A stretch of DNA of 64,000 nt from Planctomycetaceae bacterium (GTDB taxonomy: Bacteria; Planctomycetota; Planctomycetia; Planctomycetales; Planctomycetaceae), in assembly GCA_041688565.1 (NCBI GenBank), contig JBDNHX010000303.1, positions 7,296-71,295 of the forward strand. The letters run 5' to 3'. A program made the translations under genes and the position numbers. The notes below the pieces were generated by a model, which worked only from the letters and a program-made list of their open reading frames with translations, was not told the DNA's origin and did no database searches. Below are positions 18,289-26,544 of the stretch, piece by piece; position 1 is the stretch's first letter; every line of letters starts with the position of its first letter.

Positions 18289-18587
18289 TTAAGTCGCTGC
18301 CCGACATCGGACTTGACAAGCGCGGCATGCGTCTTAGCGGCTCGACGCATCGCCGGTGCGACCTTCTGCGGGCCAAGCAGCGCCTTCGCAAACCGGACCT
18401 GGTCATCAAGCGACAGTTCCAGACTGGCCTGCTTTTGCAGTGTCCGTTCAGCCGCTTCTCGGGCTGATCCAATCACAAACTCGGACAACGAACGACCCTG
18501 CAAATCCGCGGCAGTCTTAATCAGATCCAAAACAGACTGCGGCAATCGAGCATCAAGCCGGGCCGTTTTTACGGATTCACCACTCAT
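18285..18587 (-). CDS. DUF1778 (TacA-like, RHH) antitoxin
   Basis: ATG at 18587 (MSGESVKTARLDARLPQSVLDLIKTAADLQGRSLSEFV...), the typical DUF1778 N-terminus, about 100 aa. It is translationally coupled to the GNAT toxin. Confidence 0.8.
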   Translation of the reverse strand: MSGESVKTARLDARLPQSVLDLIKTAADLQGRSLSEFVIGSAREAAERTLQKQASLELSLDDQVRFAKALLGPQKVAPAMRRAAKTHAALVKSDVGQRLK

Positions 18588-18930
18588 GATACGACTCCCA
18601 ACAAGGGCTGAAAGCCCTTGACCCAAAAGAGCCTACCGGCTCGTTGCCAATTCACCGCTCCCGTTGTTCGCTCAACTGAGACATACCCGCATGGAATGGA
18701 GTAAGACCCTAACGAGCACTATCAGTCATTATTGAGTGTACGGTGGACTTCCGTACGTGTCAATTCCTGCAATCATGATTTCAGAAAGCCTTTGCCGTGT
18801 TGGATAAGAACTTCTTCCACATCGAAAGCCAGCATCGTCGAGAGGTCATCCTGTTCGAAGTATCTCTTACGAATGCAAAATGAATAAACTGGATACGATG
18901 GACGCTCCTCCGTTCGTTCACCACCAATCT

Positions 18931-19015
18931 CGTTTGACCCGACTCGTAGAGGAGGCTCCTGCACAAATTGCAGGAGCCAACCCCCTAAAACCTCCTCTCC
19001 GAGTCGGGTCAAACG
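18931..19015. repeat. REP-like nested hairpin flanking the RAYT (left)
   Basis: 25-nt arms CGTTTGACCCGACTCGTAGAGGAGG (18931-18955) and CCTCCTCTCCGAGTCGGGTCAAACG (18991-19015) with 1 mismatch. The inner 10-bp hairpin is GGCTCCTGCA/TGCAGGAGCC. Confidence 0.8.
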
Positions 19016-19061
19016 AGCGGCAAACGTGGCGGCAAAATACACCCTGAGCGAGAGGTACGTC

Positions 19062-19682
19062 ATGATTCACGGATATCACGTCATCCTTCCGATGTACGGA
19101 GTCTGGTTGCCGAACGATCCACGAGGTTCCTGGTGCGACGTAATCTGGAAATGGGAATTGTTGCGTTATGGAAAAGCCAACCCGTCTCCGGATCGCCGTT
19201 CGCTTCCGGAACTCACCTCGGACGAACACCAGCAGCGACAGTCCGCTCAACAAACCCTGAAGTACGCTCCGGTCACACTCACGGGAATGCAGGCGAAATC
19301 GATTGGCGACGGCTTCGCTGAGATCGCTCACAAGGCCGGTTATAGCATCTGGGCGTGTGCCATTCTGCCGCAGCACACACATTTGGTGATTGCTCGCCAC
19401 ACCTACAAAGTCGAACAAATGGTCACGCTGCTGAAAGGCGGCGCGACCACGCGAATCATTCGAGACAACCGGCATCCCCTGGAACAATACTCAATCGATG
19501 GCAAGCCGCCCCGCATGTGGGCGGAAAAACGCTGGAAGATTTTTCTCGATTCCGAAGAACAAATTGAGAACGCCATTCGGTACGTAAACGACAACCCGGA
19601 AGAAGAAGGCAAGCCGCGACAACACTGGAAGTTCGTCACGCCGTTCCGAGGTCTCGAACCCGGCCACATCACCTACCACTAA
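19062..19682 (+). CDS. REP-associated tyrosine transposase (RAYT, IS200/Y1-like TnpA)
   Basis: ATG at 19062 (MIHGYHVILPMYGVWLPNDPRGSW). HUH motif PQHTHLVI. C-terminal IENAIRYVNDNPEEEG holds the catalytic Tyr context. Near-identical hairpin structures flank it on both sides. Confidence 0.8.
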   Translation: MIHGYHVILPMYGVWLPNDPRGSWCDVIWKWELLRYGKANPSPDRRSLPELTSDEHQQRQSAQQTLKYAPVTLTGMQAKSIGDGFAEIAHKAGYSIWACAILPQHTHLVIARHTYKVEQMVTLLKGGATTRIIRDNRHPLEQYSIDGKPPRMWAEKRWKIFLDSEEQIENAIRYVNDNPEEEGKPRQHWKFVTPFRGLEPGHITYH

Positions 19683-19738
19683 CCCAAGACCCCGGCACGT
19701 CGTCGGTAGCCACCGCCGGCGTCGTTTGCGCCATCCAT

Positions 19739-19822
19739 CGTTTGACCCGACTCGCAGAGAAGGTTTTCATTTTCTGCCCCTGCACTTCGTGTAGAAGCCT
19801 CCTCTCTGAGTCGGGTCAAACG
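19739..19822. repeat. REP-like hairpin flanking the RAYT (right)
   Basis: Arms CGTTTGACCCGACTCGCAGAGAAGG (19739-19763) and CCTCCTCTCTGAGTCGGGTCAAACG (19798-19822). Same sequence family and orientation as the copy at 18931-19015. Confidence 0.8.
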
Positions 19823-19859
19823 AATCCAACAAACCAAACCAAAGTCAACGATCATCCGC

Positions 19860-20891
19860 ATGAAACATCACCTCACCACTCTCTTCGTGATGACTCAGGG
19901 GGCCTACTTGAAAAAAGACGGCGAAACCATTGTGGTGCGAGTCGAAAAGAAAGACCGACTGCGACTGCCGATGATCAACGTCGGAGCCATTGTCTGCATG
20001 GGCCGCATCTCGTGCAGCCCGCAGTTAATGGGGGCCTGTGCTCAGAATGGCATCGCGATTTCGTTTATGACGATTCACGGTCGCTTCCTGGCCGCCGTCA
20101 ATGGATTCACTCCGGGCAATGTCCTGTTGAGACGCGAACAGTACCGACGGGCCGATGATCCGGCAGCGACCGCAGCAATTGCGCGAGCCTGCATCATCGG
20201 CAAGCTGGCAAACTTCCGAACTGTTTTGCGAAGAGCTGTCCGAGACCAGTCCGCCTCAGATGCCACCGCCAGACTGGAAAAAATTGCGACGCGAATTGAC
20301 ATGCGGCTGCGTACCCTGCAAGACAGTCTGGACGTGGATCAGCTGCGCGGCGTCGAAGGAGATGCGTCCGCCGATTACTTTGAAGTCTTCAACGATCTGA
20401 TCACCACCCAGAAGCAGGATTTCGTGTTTACAAAGAGGTCGCGACGTCCTCCGCTGGACAACATCAATGCCATGCTGTCATTCCTGTACTCAATGTTGAC
20501 AAATGATCTCCGTAGCGCCTGTGAATCGGTTGGACTGGATGCGGCCGTTGGATTCCTGCACCGTGATCGTCCGGGCCGCCCCGGACTGGCGCTCGATCTG
20601 ATGGAAGAACTGCGACCCGTGCTGGTCGACCGCGTGGTGTTATCACTCATCAATCGTCAGCAGGTGAAGGCGAACGGCTTCGTGGAAGAACCCGGGGGCG
20701 GAATTCGGATGGACGAAGCGACTCGAAAAGAATTGGTAGGAGCTTATCAAAAACGGAAACAGGAAGAGATTACGCATCCGTTCCTGCAGGAGAAGATGAC
20801 TTTGGGTCTCGTTCCTCTCATTCAGGCGCGACTCATGGCCCGTTTCCTCCGAGGCGATGCGGATGCCTATCCTCCGTTCAACTGGAAATAA
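19860..20891 (+). CDS. cas1: CRISPR-associated endonuclease Cas1, subtype I-C type
   Basis: 343 aa, full length. LFVMTQGAYLKKDGETIVV, GNVLLRREQY, LRGVEGDAS, GFLHRDRPGRPGLALDLMEELRP match Cas1c, and the catalytic E/H/E positions are intact. Confidence 0.9.
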   Translation: MKHHLTTLFVMTQGAYLKKDGETIVVRVEKKDRLRLPMINVGAIVCMGRISCSPQLMGACAQNGIAISFMTIHGRFLAAVNGFTPGNVLLRREQYRRADDPAATAAIARACIIGKLANFRTVLRRAVRDQSASDATARLEKIATRIDMRLRTLQDSLDVDQLRGVEGDASADYFEVFNDLITTQKQDFVFTKRSRRPPLDNINAMLSFLYSMLTNDLRSACESVGLDAAVGFLHRDRPGRPGLALDLMEELRPVLVDRVVLSLINRQQVKANGFVEEPGGGIRMDEATRKELVGAYQKRKQEEITHPFLQEKMTLGLVPLIQARLMARFLRGDADAYPPFNWK

Positions 20892-21140
20892 ACCGGCAGT
20901 GTTCTCGGTGACCATCACGACGGACTTCGTTGTGGCCGGACTCCGACCGCGCTACAAGGCCCTTCGCCCCAGAGGGGGGTTGTTGATTTAGACCGCCTAA
21001 ATCAACACTCCTACTGCGAGCGAATGTGGCTGACGGCCGGATGAGGCGGAATGGCTTGCACCAATCCTCGACTCATAACGGCTCAACTGGAACTCGCAAC
21101 TGCTCATCCCCGACAACGCTCTGTGATCGAAGGAGATCCT

Positions 21141-21431
21141 ATGCTGGTCCTCATTACTTATGACGTCGCCACATCAAACAAAGTCGGGCAGCGTCGACTA
21201 CGAAACGTAGCAAAGACGTGCCTGAACTTCGGGCAGCGAGTTCAGCAGTCTGTCTTCGAGTGTTCAGTAAATAATGAGCAATATGTTCACTTAAAACAAA
21301 AGTTGGTCGACCTGATCAATCCTGAAGAAGACAGTCTTCGGTTCTACATGCTCGGCAATGAATGGCGGCAGCGGGTTGAGCATATCGGCGTGAAACCATC
21401 GCTGGATCTGGACGAGCCCTTGATTCTATGA
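21141..21431 (+). CDS. cas2: CRISPR-associated endoribonuclease Cas2
   Basis: ATG at 21141 preceded by AGGAG (21131-21135). MLVLITYDVATSNKVGQRRLRNVAKTCLNFGQRVQQSVFEC is the canonical Cas2 N-terminus, 96 aa. Confidence 0.85.
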   Translation: MLVLITYDVATSNKVGQRRLRNVAKTCLNFGQRVQQSVFECSVNNEQYVHLKQKLVDLINPEEDSLRFYMLGNEWRQRVEHIGVKPSLDLDEPLIL

Positions 21432-21641
21432 GCCGCGTCCGATATCCATTGGCGATCCAAACTCAGATTGCGAACCCATAGCATCCCACCATTTGCCGGG
21501 AGGATCGCGATCAACGCAAGGCATTTGTGGAAAGACACTTGTGGCGTCGAGCCTTCTCACGTTCTCCCCTGCCGCCACCCGAAACTGCCGGTTCGCGAAA
21601 ACCCGGTTCTTTGTGGTTTCCCCACAACACGTTAGGATACC

Positions 21642-21677
21642 GTGGCTTTCGCCCCGCTCGCGGGGGGCGGATTGAGG
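21642..21677 (+). CRISPR. solitary CRISPR-repeat-like sequence (no spacers, no second copy seen)
   Basis: GTGGCTTTCGCCCCGCTCGCGGGGGGCGGATTGAGG has a GC-rich hairpin followed by GGATTGA, resembling I-C repeats (...GCGCCCC...GGGCGC..GGATTGAAAC). It lies about 210 bp downstream of cas2. I found no regularly spaced further copies. Confidence 0.45.
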
Positions 21678-21831
21678 TTGCCGGCAATCGAATGCTTTGC
21701 AGCTGCAAGGGCGTGGTCAGCCGACGACGCGGGCGAGTGTCATACCGGAGCCGGGACCGCCGAGCAGGCAATGCCAATTTCCAATTTGAAATTTCAAATC
21801 TGCGGGAATTTGCATTTCGCACACTGCCAAC

Positions 21832-21859
21832 AAAAAAAGCCCGCAGAAAACTGCGGGCT
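21832..21859 (-). terminator. rho-independent terminator of tRNA-Ser
   Basis: Perfect 9-bp stem AGCCCGCAG/CTGCGGGCT with an AAAA loop. On the minus strand it is followed by a 7-T run (A-run 21832-21838), and it also has TTT on the plus side. Confidence 0.65.
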
Positions 21860-21865
21860 TTTGAA

Positions 21866-21954
21866 CGGAGAGACAGGGATTCGAACCCTGGGATCCCTTT
21901 GACAGGATCACATCATTAGCAATGATGCGCATTCGGCCACTCTGCCATCTCTCC
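21866..21954 (-). tRNA. tRNA-Ser (anticodon GCT)
   Basis: The reverse complement is GGAGAGATGGCAGAGTGGCCGAATGCGCATCATTGCTAATGATGTGATCCTGTCAAAGGGATCCCAGGGTTCGAATCCCTGTCTCTCCG. It has a 7-bp acceptor stem, anticodon stem CATCA/TGATG with loop TTGCTAA, a long variable arm GATCC/GGATC and T-arm CAGGG-TTCGAAT-CCCTG. CCA is not encoded. Confidence 0.88.
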
Positions 21955-22088
21955 TCGGAAAACCGACCTTTGACGGCTGGTTCCGATTTGTGCGACACAT
22001 CATAATCGGTTCGCGTTCGGAAACAAGTTCACCCAAATTTTTCCGGTTCCCGATCAGGTCTGGATAAATCTGCAAAAAGCCGCCCTTC

Positions 22089-22117
22089 TTGACGTAACGA
22101 GCGTGTTTCTTTATCCT
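22089..22117 (+). promoter_or_regulatory. sigma70-like promoter candidate
   Basis: TTGACG (22089-22094), a 17-nt spacer, then TATCCT (22112-22117), about 200 bp upstream of the DUF1501 gene. This is pattern match only. Confidence 0.3.
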
Positions 22118-22319
22118 GATTTCCAGTTAAAGTAGAAAACCGTCGCTGGACTTGGCAGATTTTGAAGCGCACTCTTGTTGTAGCAGCGTCTAAAATCAGT
22201 CAACTTTTCAAAGCGGTTTTGGTCGATGTCCCTCTAAGTCCCCCCACCTACACGTTGTTCGATTCCACCCAGACAATCGACAACGATCCGGTCCCGCCTC
22301 TTTTTTGCCGGAGATTCTC

Positions 22320-23675
22320 ATGCTGACAATCCTTGGACAGCAGACAAAATACTGTGACGGCGTTTCTCGCCGCGGCTTCCTGAAGATCGGTGGCTTCGCC
22401 ATGGGCGCGGCTGGCGGGATTAATCTGGCCAATCTGATGCGTGCTGAAGCCGCTGCAGGGGCTGGTCCGAGCGGCTCAAAGAAATCGATTATCAATATTT
22501 TTCTGGGCGGCGGCCCACCACATCAGGATATGTGGGACATTAAGACCGAGGCTCCTCGAGAAATTCGCGGAGAATTCAGCCCGATTGATACGGCCGTTGC
22601 AGGAATTCAGATTGGCGAATGCTTTCCAAAGCTGGCCGCCATTATGGACCGACTGGTTGTGGTTCGATCAGTGGTCGGCTGCGAAGGGGCTCACGATGGT
22701 TTTCAGTGCCTGACCGGTTGGGACCGACGAAGTATGGAAGGGATTGGCGGTCGTCCGGCTATTGGTTCTGTTCTGGGCAAAGTTTATGGCCCGCGCGATC
22801 CAGGCATTCCGGCGTCCGTGGCTCTTGCCGAAAAAACGTCCCATGTGCCCTGGTCGGAACCGGGTCCTGCTGGATTTCTAGGCGCCGCCTATCAACCGTT
22901 TCGTCCCAGTGGCAGCGGCATGGAAGACCTGACCCTGAACGGCGTATCGCTGGATCGCCTGGACGATCGACGCTCACTGTTGCAGGGACTTGATCAGCTC
23001 AAGAGAAACTCCGACGCCACCGGAACCATGGTCGGTATGGATTCCTTCACCGAAGCGGCTTTCGGCGTTTTGACATCCAGTCGCCTTGCGGAGGCTCTTG
23101 ATATTTCCAAAGAGCCGGCGGAAATGCGGGCTCGCTATGGGGATGGGAAGCCATACAAATATCAGTACGATGGAGCACCTACGAATAACGAACAAATTCT
23201 GATGGCCCGCCGACTGGTGGAAGCCGGCGTACGGTCTGTCACATTGTCGTATGGTCGATGGGACAGCCACGGTCAGAACTTTGACCTTGTTCGGGATCAT
23301 GGTACGAAGCTTGATCAGGGCGTCAGCGCATTGGTTCTGGATCTGGAAGAACGCGGCATGCTGAATGACGTGACGATCCTCGTCTGGGGTGAGTTCGGCC
23401 GAACGCCGCGGATCAACGACGGCGCCGGACGCGACCACTGGCCTCAGGTTAGTTGCGCTCTGATGGCGGGTGGTGGAATGCGGACCGGGCAGGCCATTGG
23501 TGCCACGAATCGGCTGGGCGAATACGCGGTCGCTCGACCGGTTCATATGCAGGAAATCATTGGAACGGCCTATCACAATCTGGGCATTGATGTGATGAAC
23601 ACCACGCTGTCCGACCCAACCGGACGTCCACAGTTCCTGGTGGATCTCCGGGAACCGCTGCGGGAACTGGTTTGA
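22320..23675 (+). CDS. DUF1501 domain protein (sulfatase-fold, Tat signal)
   Basis: ATG at 22320. Tat-like SRRGFLKIGGFAMGAAG. Typical DUF1501 blocks are IFLGGGPPHQDMWD, WDSHG, GEFGRTPRIN and GRDHWP. Confidence 0.85.
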   Translation: MLTILGQQTKYCDGVSRRGFLKIGGFAMGAAGGINLANLMRAEAAAGAGPSGSKKSIINIFLGGGPPHQDMWDIKTEAPREIRGEFSPIDTAVAGIQIGECFPKLAAIMDRLVVVRSVVGCEGAHDGFQCLTGWDRRSMEGIGGRPAIGSVLGKVYGPRDPGIPASVALAEKTSHVPWSEPGPAGFLGAAYQPFRPSGSGMEDLTLNGVSLDRLDDRRSLLQGLDQLKRNSDATGTMVGMDSFTEAAFGVLTSSRLAEALDISKEPAEMRARYGDGKPYKYQYDGAPTNNEQILMARRLVEAGVRSVTLSYGRWDSHGQNFDLVRDHGTKLDQGVSALVLDLEERGMLNDVTILVWGEFGRTPRINDGAGRDHWPQVSCALMAGGGMRTGQAIGATNRLGEYAVARPVHMQEIIGTAYHNLGIDVMNTTLSDPTGRPQFLVDLREPLRELV

Positions 23676-23904
23676 GATTTGAGGCTTGGCGGGAGCCTTG
23701 CCCGTTCCGCAGAAGTGTCCTGGAACAATGGTTAACTCATGGCGGTTGAGGCTCGCGAACGCATAATGGTGTCTGGTATCATGTGGCCACCGGGAAGGTG
23801 ATGAGCTGCCCTGGTGACCGTTACCTGGCAATCTCCCCTGTCTTCTGATGAGACACGATTGTCGGAAATCTGGCAATTCGCCGGGACGGCCCTGCGTCCT
23901 CAAT

Positions 23905-25326
23905 ATGACTCAAGTTATGAGCCTGGCCAAAGTCTACTGCACTGCCTGTAATCAGCATTTTTCAGGCGACACTGTCGCCTGTCCTCGCTGCGGCATGTTG
24001 CTTTCCAACCAGCAGAACAGCTGGCAAAAAGAAACCATGCTGCTGGCCCCGGACAGTTCCATCGAGCCGCACGCAGCATTTGAAATTGAACTGGATTCGC
24101 TGCTGCTGCCCGGTCAGGTCCTTGACATCTACCAATGCCAGAAGCTGCTCGGTCGCGGAGGCATGGGAGTTGTCTATCTGGCTCGCAACACCAGCCTGCA
24201 GCGATTGTGTGCGCTGAAGCTTCTGTCTCCCAAAAGAGCGTCGCGAGAAATTGATTACATCGACCGATTTGAAAATGAAGGCCGTGCCGCCGCAGCTCTG
24301 GTTCATGCCAATGTTGTGACGACTCATGCCATCGGACGCGCAGGCGATTATCATTTCCTTGAGATGGAATACGTGCCCGGGCATTCGCTGCAATGTGAGA
24401 TCGATGAAGAAGGCGCGATTGGCCCCATTCGTTCGACAGCGATAGCCGTCGGCATCGCCAATGGCCTCGCAATGGCGCACCGCCTGGGGATTATTCATCG
24501 CGATCTGAAGCCGGACAATGTGCTCGTGACGCCCGGCGGAGTTCCAAAGATCGTGGATTTTGGACTGGCCAAGCGCATCGTCGGCCAGGACCTTCCTCGT
24601 GAAAACCTTGCGGGGACTCCTTACTTCATGGCGCCAGAACTTTTCGAAGGCTACGACGCGACGACTCAAAGTGATGTGTATGCGCTGGGCGTTTGTTACT
24701 ACCTGATGCTGACCGGCCACTTTCCGTTTGAGGGCGACTCAGTGAGTTCGCTGATGAAATCGATTCTGACCGCGGAATACAAAAGTGTTCGTCGAGTCAA
24801 CGAAGATATTCCTTTGGACATTGCCGAGTGCGTTTCGCTGATGCTGAATCGTGATCCGAGTCATCGGCCACGTGATGCGGCCGCGGCTTCTCAACTTCTG
24901 CAGGCTGTGCTGGGTTCCACAAGAGACCTGGACAATCTGATTTACGATGCTTTCAATGGTCTGCCCAGTATTCAGTGGGAAGCGGACGATGACGGCTTTC
25001 GTGTTCATTTGACATTGCGCGATGAGCGGACTCAGACGGTGTACATTGCTAACAGTGACCATGCCGCCGGAGATCGCCTGCTGGTGATTTACAGTATCTG
25101 CTGCGAAGCTCGCCCGGACTTTTATGAAGATGCTCTTCGACTGAATGCTCGGATGCATCATGGAGGCATTTCCATTCGCGATATCGGCGGCCAGTCTTAT
25201 TTTGTGATGGTTGATACATATCCGCGAGGAACAGTGAGCGGAGAAGATATCCGGCGCAGTGTGATTGAACTGGGATCGCGAGCTGATTCGGTTGAAAAGC
25301 TGCTGACTGGCCGGGACGTGAACTGA
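23905..25326 (+). CDS. Ser/Thr protein kinase with N-terminal zinc ribbon and C-terminal YbjN-like domain
   Basis: CTACNQHF...CPRCG forms the zinc ribbon. The kinase shows GRGGMGVVYLA, ALKLL, HRDLKPDNVL, DFGLA and GTPYFMAPE. The C-terminal approximately 130 aa (RVHLTLRDERTQTVYIANSD...SYFVMVDTYP) looks like a YbjN/sensory-regulator fold, assigned with low certainty. Confidence 0.85.
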   Translation: MTQVMSLAKVYCTACNQHFSGDTVACPRCGMLLSNQQNSWQKETMLLAPDSSIEPHAAFEIELDSLLLPGQVLDIYQCQKLLGRGGMGVVYLARNTSLQRLCALKLLSPKRASREIDYIDRFENEGRAAAALVHANVVTTHAIGRAGDYHFLEMEYVPGHSLQCEIDEEGAIGPIRSTAIAVGIANGLAMAHRLGIIHRDLKPDNVLVTPGGVPKIVDFGLAKRIVGQDLPRENLAGTPYFMAPELFEGYDATTQSDVYALGVCYYLMLTGHFPFEGDSVSSLMKSILTAEYKSVRRVNEDIPLDIAECVSLMLNRDPSHRPRDAAAASQLLQAVLGSTRDLDNLIYDAFNGLPSIQWEADDDGFRVHLTLRDERTQTVYIANSDHAAGDRLLVIYSICCEARPDFYEDALRLNARMHHGGISIRDIGGQSYFVMVDTYPRGTVSGEDIRRSVIELGSRADSVEKLLTGRDVN

Positions 25327-25457
25327 ACTGCTTTGAAGACTGAAAGAAAGATTCACCATGTTTATCACCGAGACTGCCCTCAACGAGTTCAATCGAGCCT
25401 AACTGAAAGGTCCGGGACCAGCCCGGCAAAAGCCCAATGGCACTCGATTTGAGGGGG

Positions 25458-25492
25458 AATCGTCGTAGCGGAAGCCGCCAGGGCTTTCGGAA
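25458..25492. repeat. interspersed repeat family A, second copy
   Basis: See 1867-1901. Confidence 0.85.
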
Positions 25493-25588
25493 GGCTGGAT
25501 CATCAAACAGACAACCGAAACGCTTGGCGCGTTCCGCTAAAAAGAGAACACCATTGGGCAAGAGCCTGGCGAAATCGCCTGCAAGAAT

Positions 25589-26443
25589 CTACGGTGTTGA
25601 GCGACGCAGCATCAGCCATGCGGATGGCCCGATCACGAACAGCATGCCAATCAGAGTATGCAGCTCAAACGAACGATCCCACAGCACCACATCGAAGACC
25701 ATGGCAAATCCGACCTGCGAAAGGCCAATGACCGAAACCTTTGCCGGAGCTCCGGCACCAAAAGCACGCGTCAGCAGCAACTGGCCAATCGTGGCGGCGA
25801 TGCCAACTCCCAGCAAAAGTGCGGGGGCAGGCCACTTGAGATCCAGGCGAGCCGCAAGACTTTGACTGGAGGGAAAGATAAAAAAGGCGGCGATCAGGAA
25901 CAGAACGGACACCGTCGAAAAGTGAACCACAATGGCCTTTGGCGAAATTCCCTTCAGCCGATGCAGGCCAATCAAAGCGACCGCGCTGGTGAATGAGCCG
26001 GCTACGGCGGCAACCGTCCCCAGATTCCCGTCGGCCAGATACGGTTGCTGCATGATGATGACTCCGGCGACGCCACACAGAACGCTGATCCACACTTCCT
26101 TATCCGGCGCTTGGCCCAGCATTGGCCAGGACAGAACAGCGATCCAGACAGGAAACATGTTGGTCAGTGTCAGAGCATCAGCGACCGGCAGACGTGACAG
26201 CGCGTAAAAGTTGAACATCACGCTGAGACTTCCGGCGATGCTGCGCATCCACAGTGTCCACGGCCCAAAGAAAACCAGCGGCGACTTTTCATGAAGCGCC
26301 AGAGAACCTGCGATCAGAAGTGCCAGCAGTGAACGGACGATCGCAATGAGTTGCCAGTCACAATAGTCGCTGGCTGCGTGTGCGAACGCACCCATGAAGG
26401 CGAAGGCCACGGCTCCCCAGAGCATCCAGAAATACGGCTGCAT
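25589..26443 (-). CDS. EamA/DMT family transporter
   Basis: 284 aa with about 10 hydrophobic segments in two similar halves, the typical EamA pattern. Confidence 0.75.
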   Translation of the reverse strand: MQPYFWMLWGAVAFAFMGAFAHAASDYCDWQLIAIVRSLLALLIAGSLALHEKSPLVFFGPWTLWMRSIAGSLSVMFNFYALSRLPVADALTLTNMFPVWIAVLSWPMLGQAPDKEVWISVLCGVAGVIIMQQPYLADGNLGTVAAVAGSFTSAVALIGLHRLKGISPKAIVVHFSTVSVLFLIAAFFIFPSSQSLAARLDLKWPAPALLLGVGIAATIGQLLLTRAFGAGAPAKVSVIGLSQVGFAMVFDVVLWDRSFELHTLIGMLFVIGPSAWLMLRRSTP

Positions 26444-26544
26444 GGAATTTTTTTGACGCTGGCTGAAATGAGTTCAACAAGACGTTTCTAAGGATGGCCC
26501 GGGTATCTGAGTTCCTGCGACAGGCAGTTCACTCAGACATCAAA

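Noticed and set aside
18773-19063. 96-aa minus-strand ORF upstream of the RAYT
   Set aside because: More than half of it is read through the REP hairpin. The C-terminal part (…IRKRYFEQDDLSTMLAFDVEEVLIQHGKGFLKS) might be a gene relic, but no family could be assigned.
21780-21800. 14-bp perfect palindrome TTTGAAATTTCAAA as an operator
   Set aside because: It lies downstream of both the tRNA terminator and the cas2 region, with no gene start nearby, so no functional context supports a call.
16300-21954. The cas/TA/RAYT region as a tRNA-Ser-integrated genomic island
   Set aside because: I found no integrase gene and no direct repeat of the tRNA-Ser 3' end near the other boundary (about 16300). 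Adjacency to the tRNA may be coincidental.
22974-23903. 309-aa minus-strand ORF across the DUF1501 gene and kinase upstream region
   Set aside because: It overlaps a well-supported DUF1501 CDS, and its composition is typical of antisense read-through.
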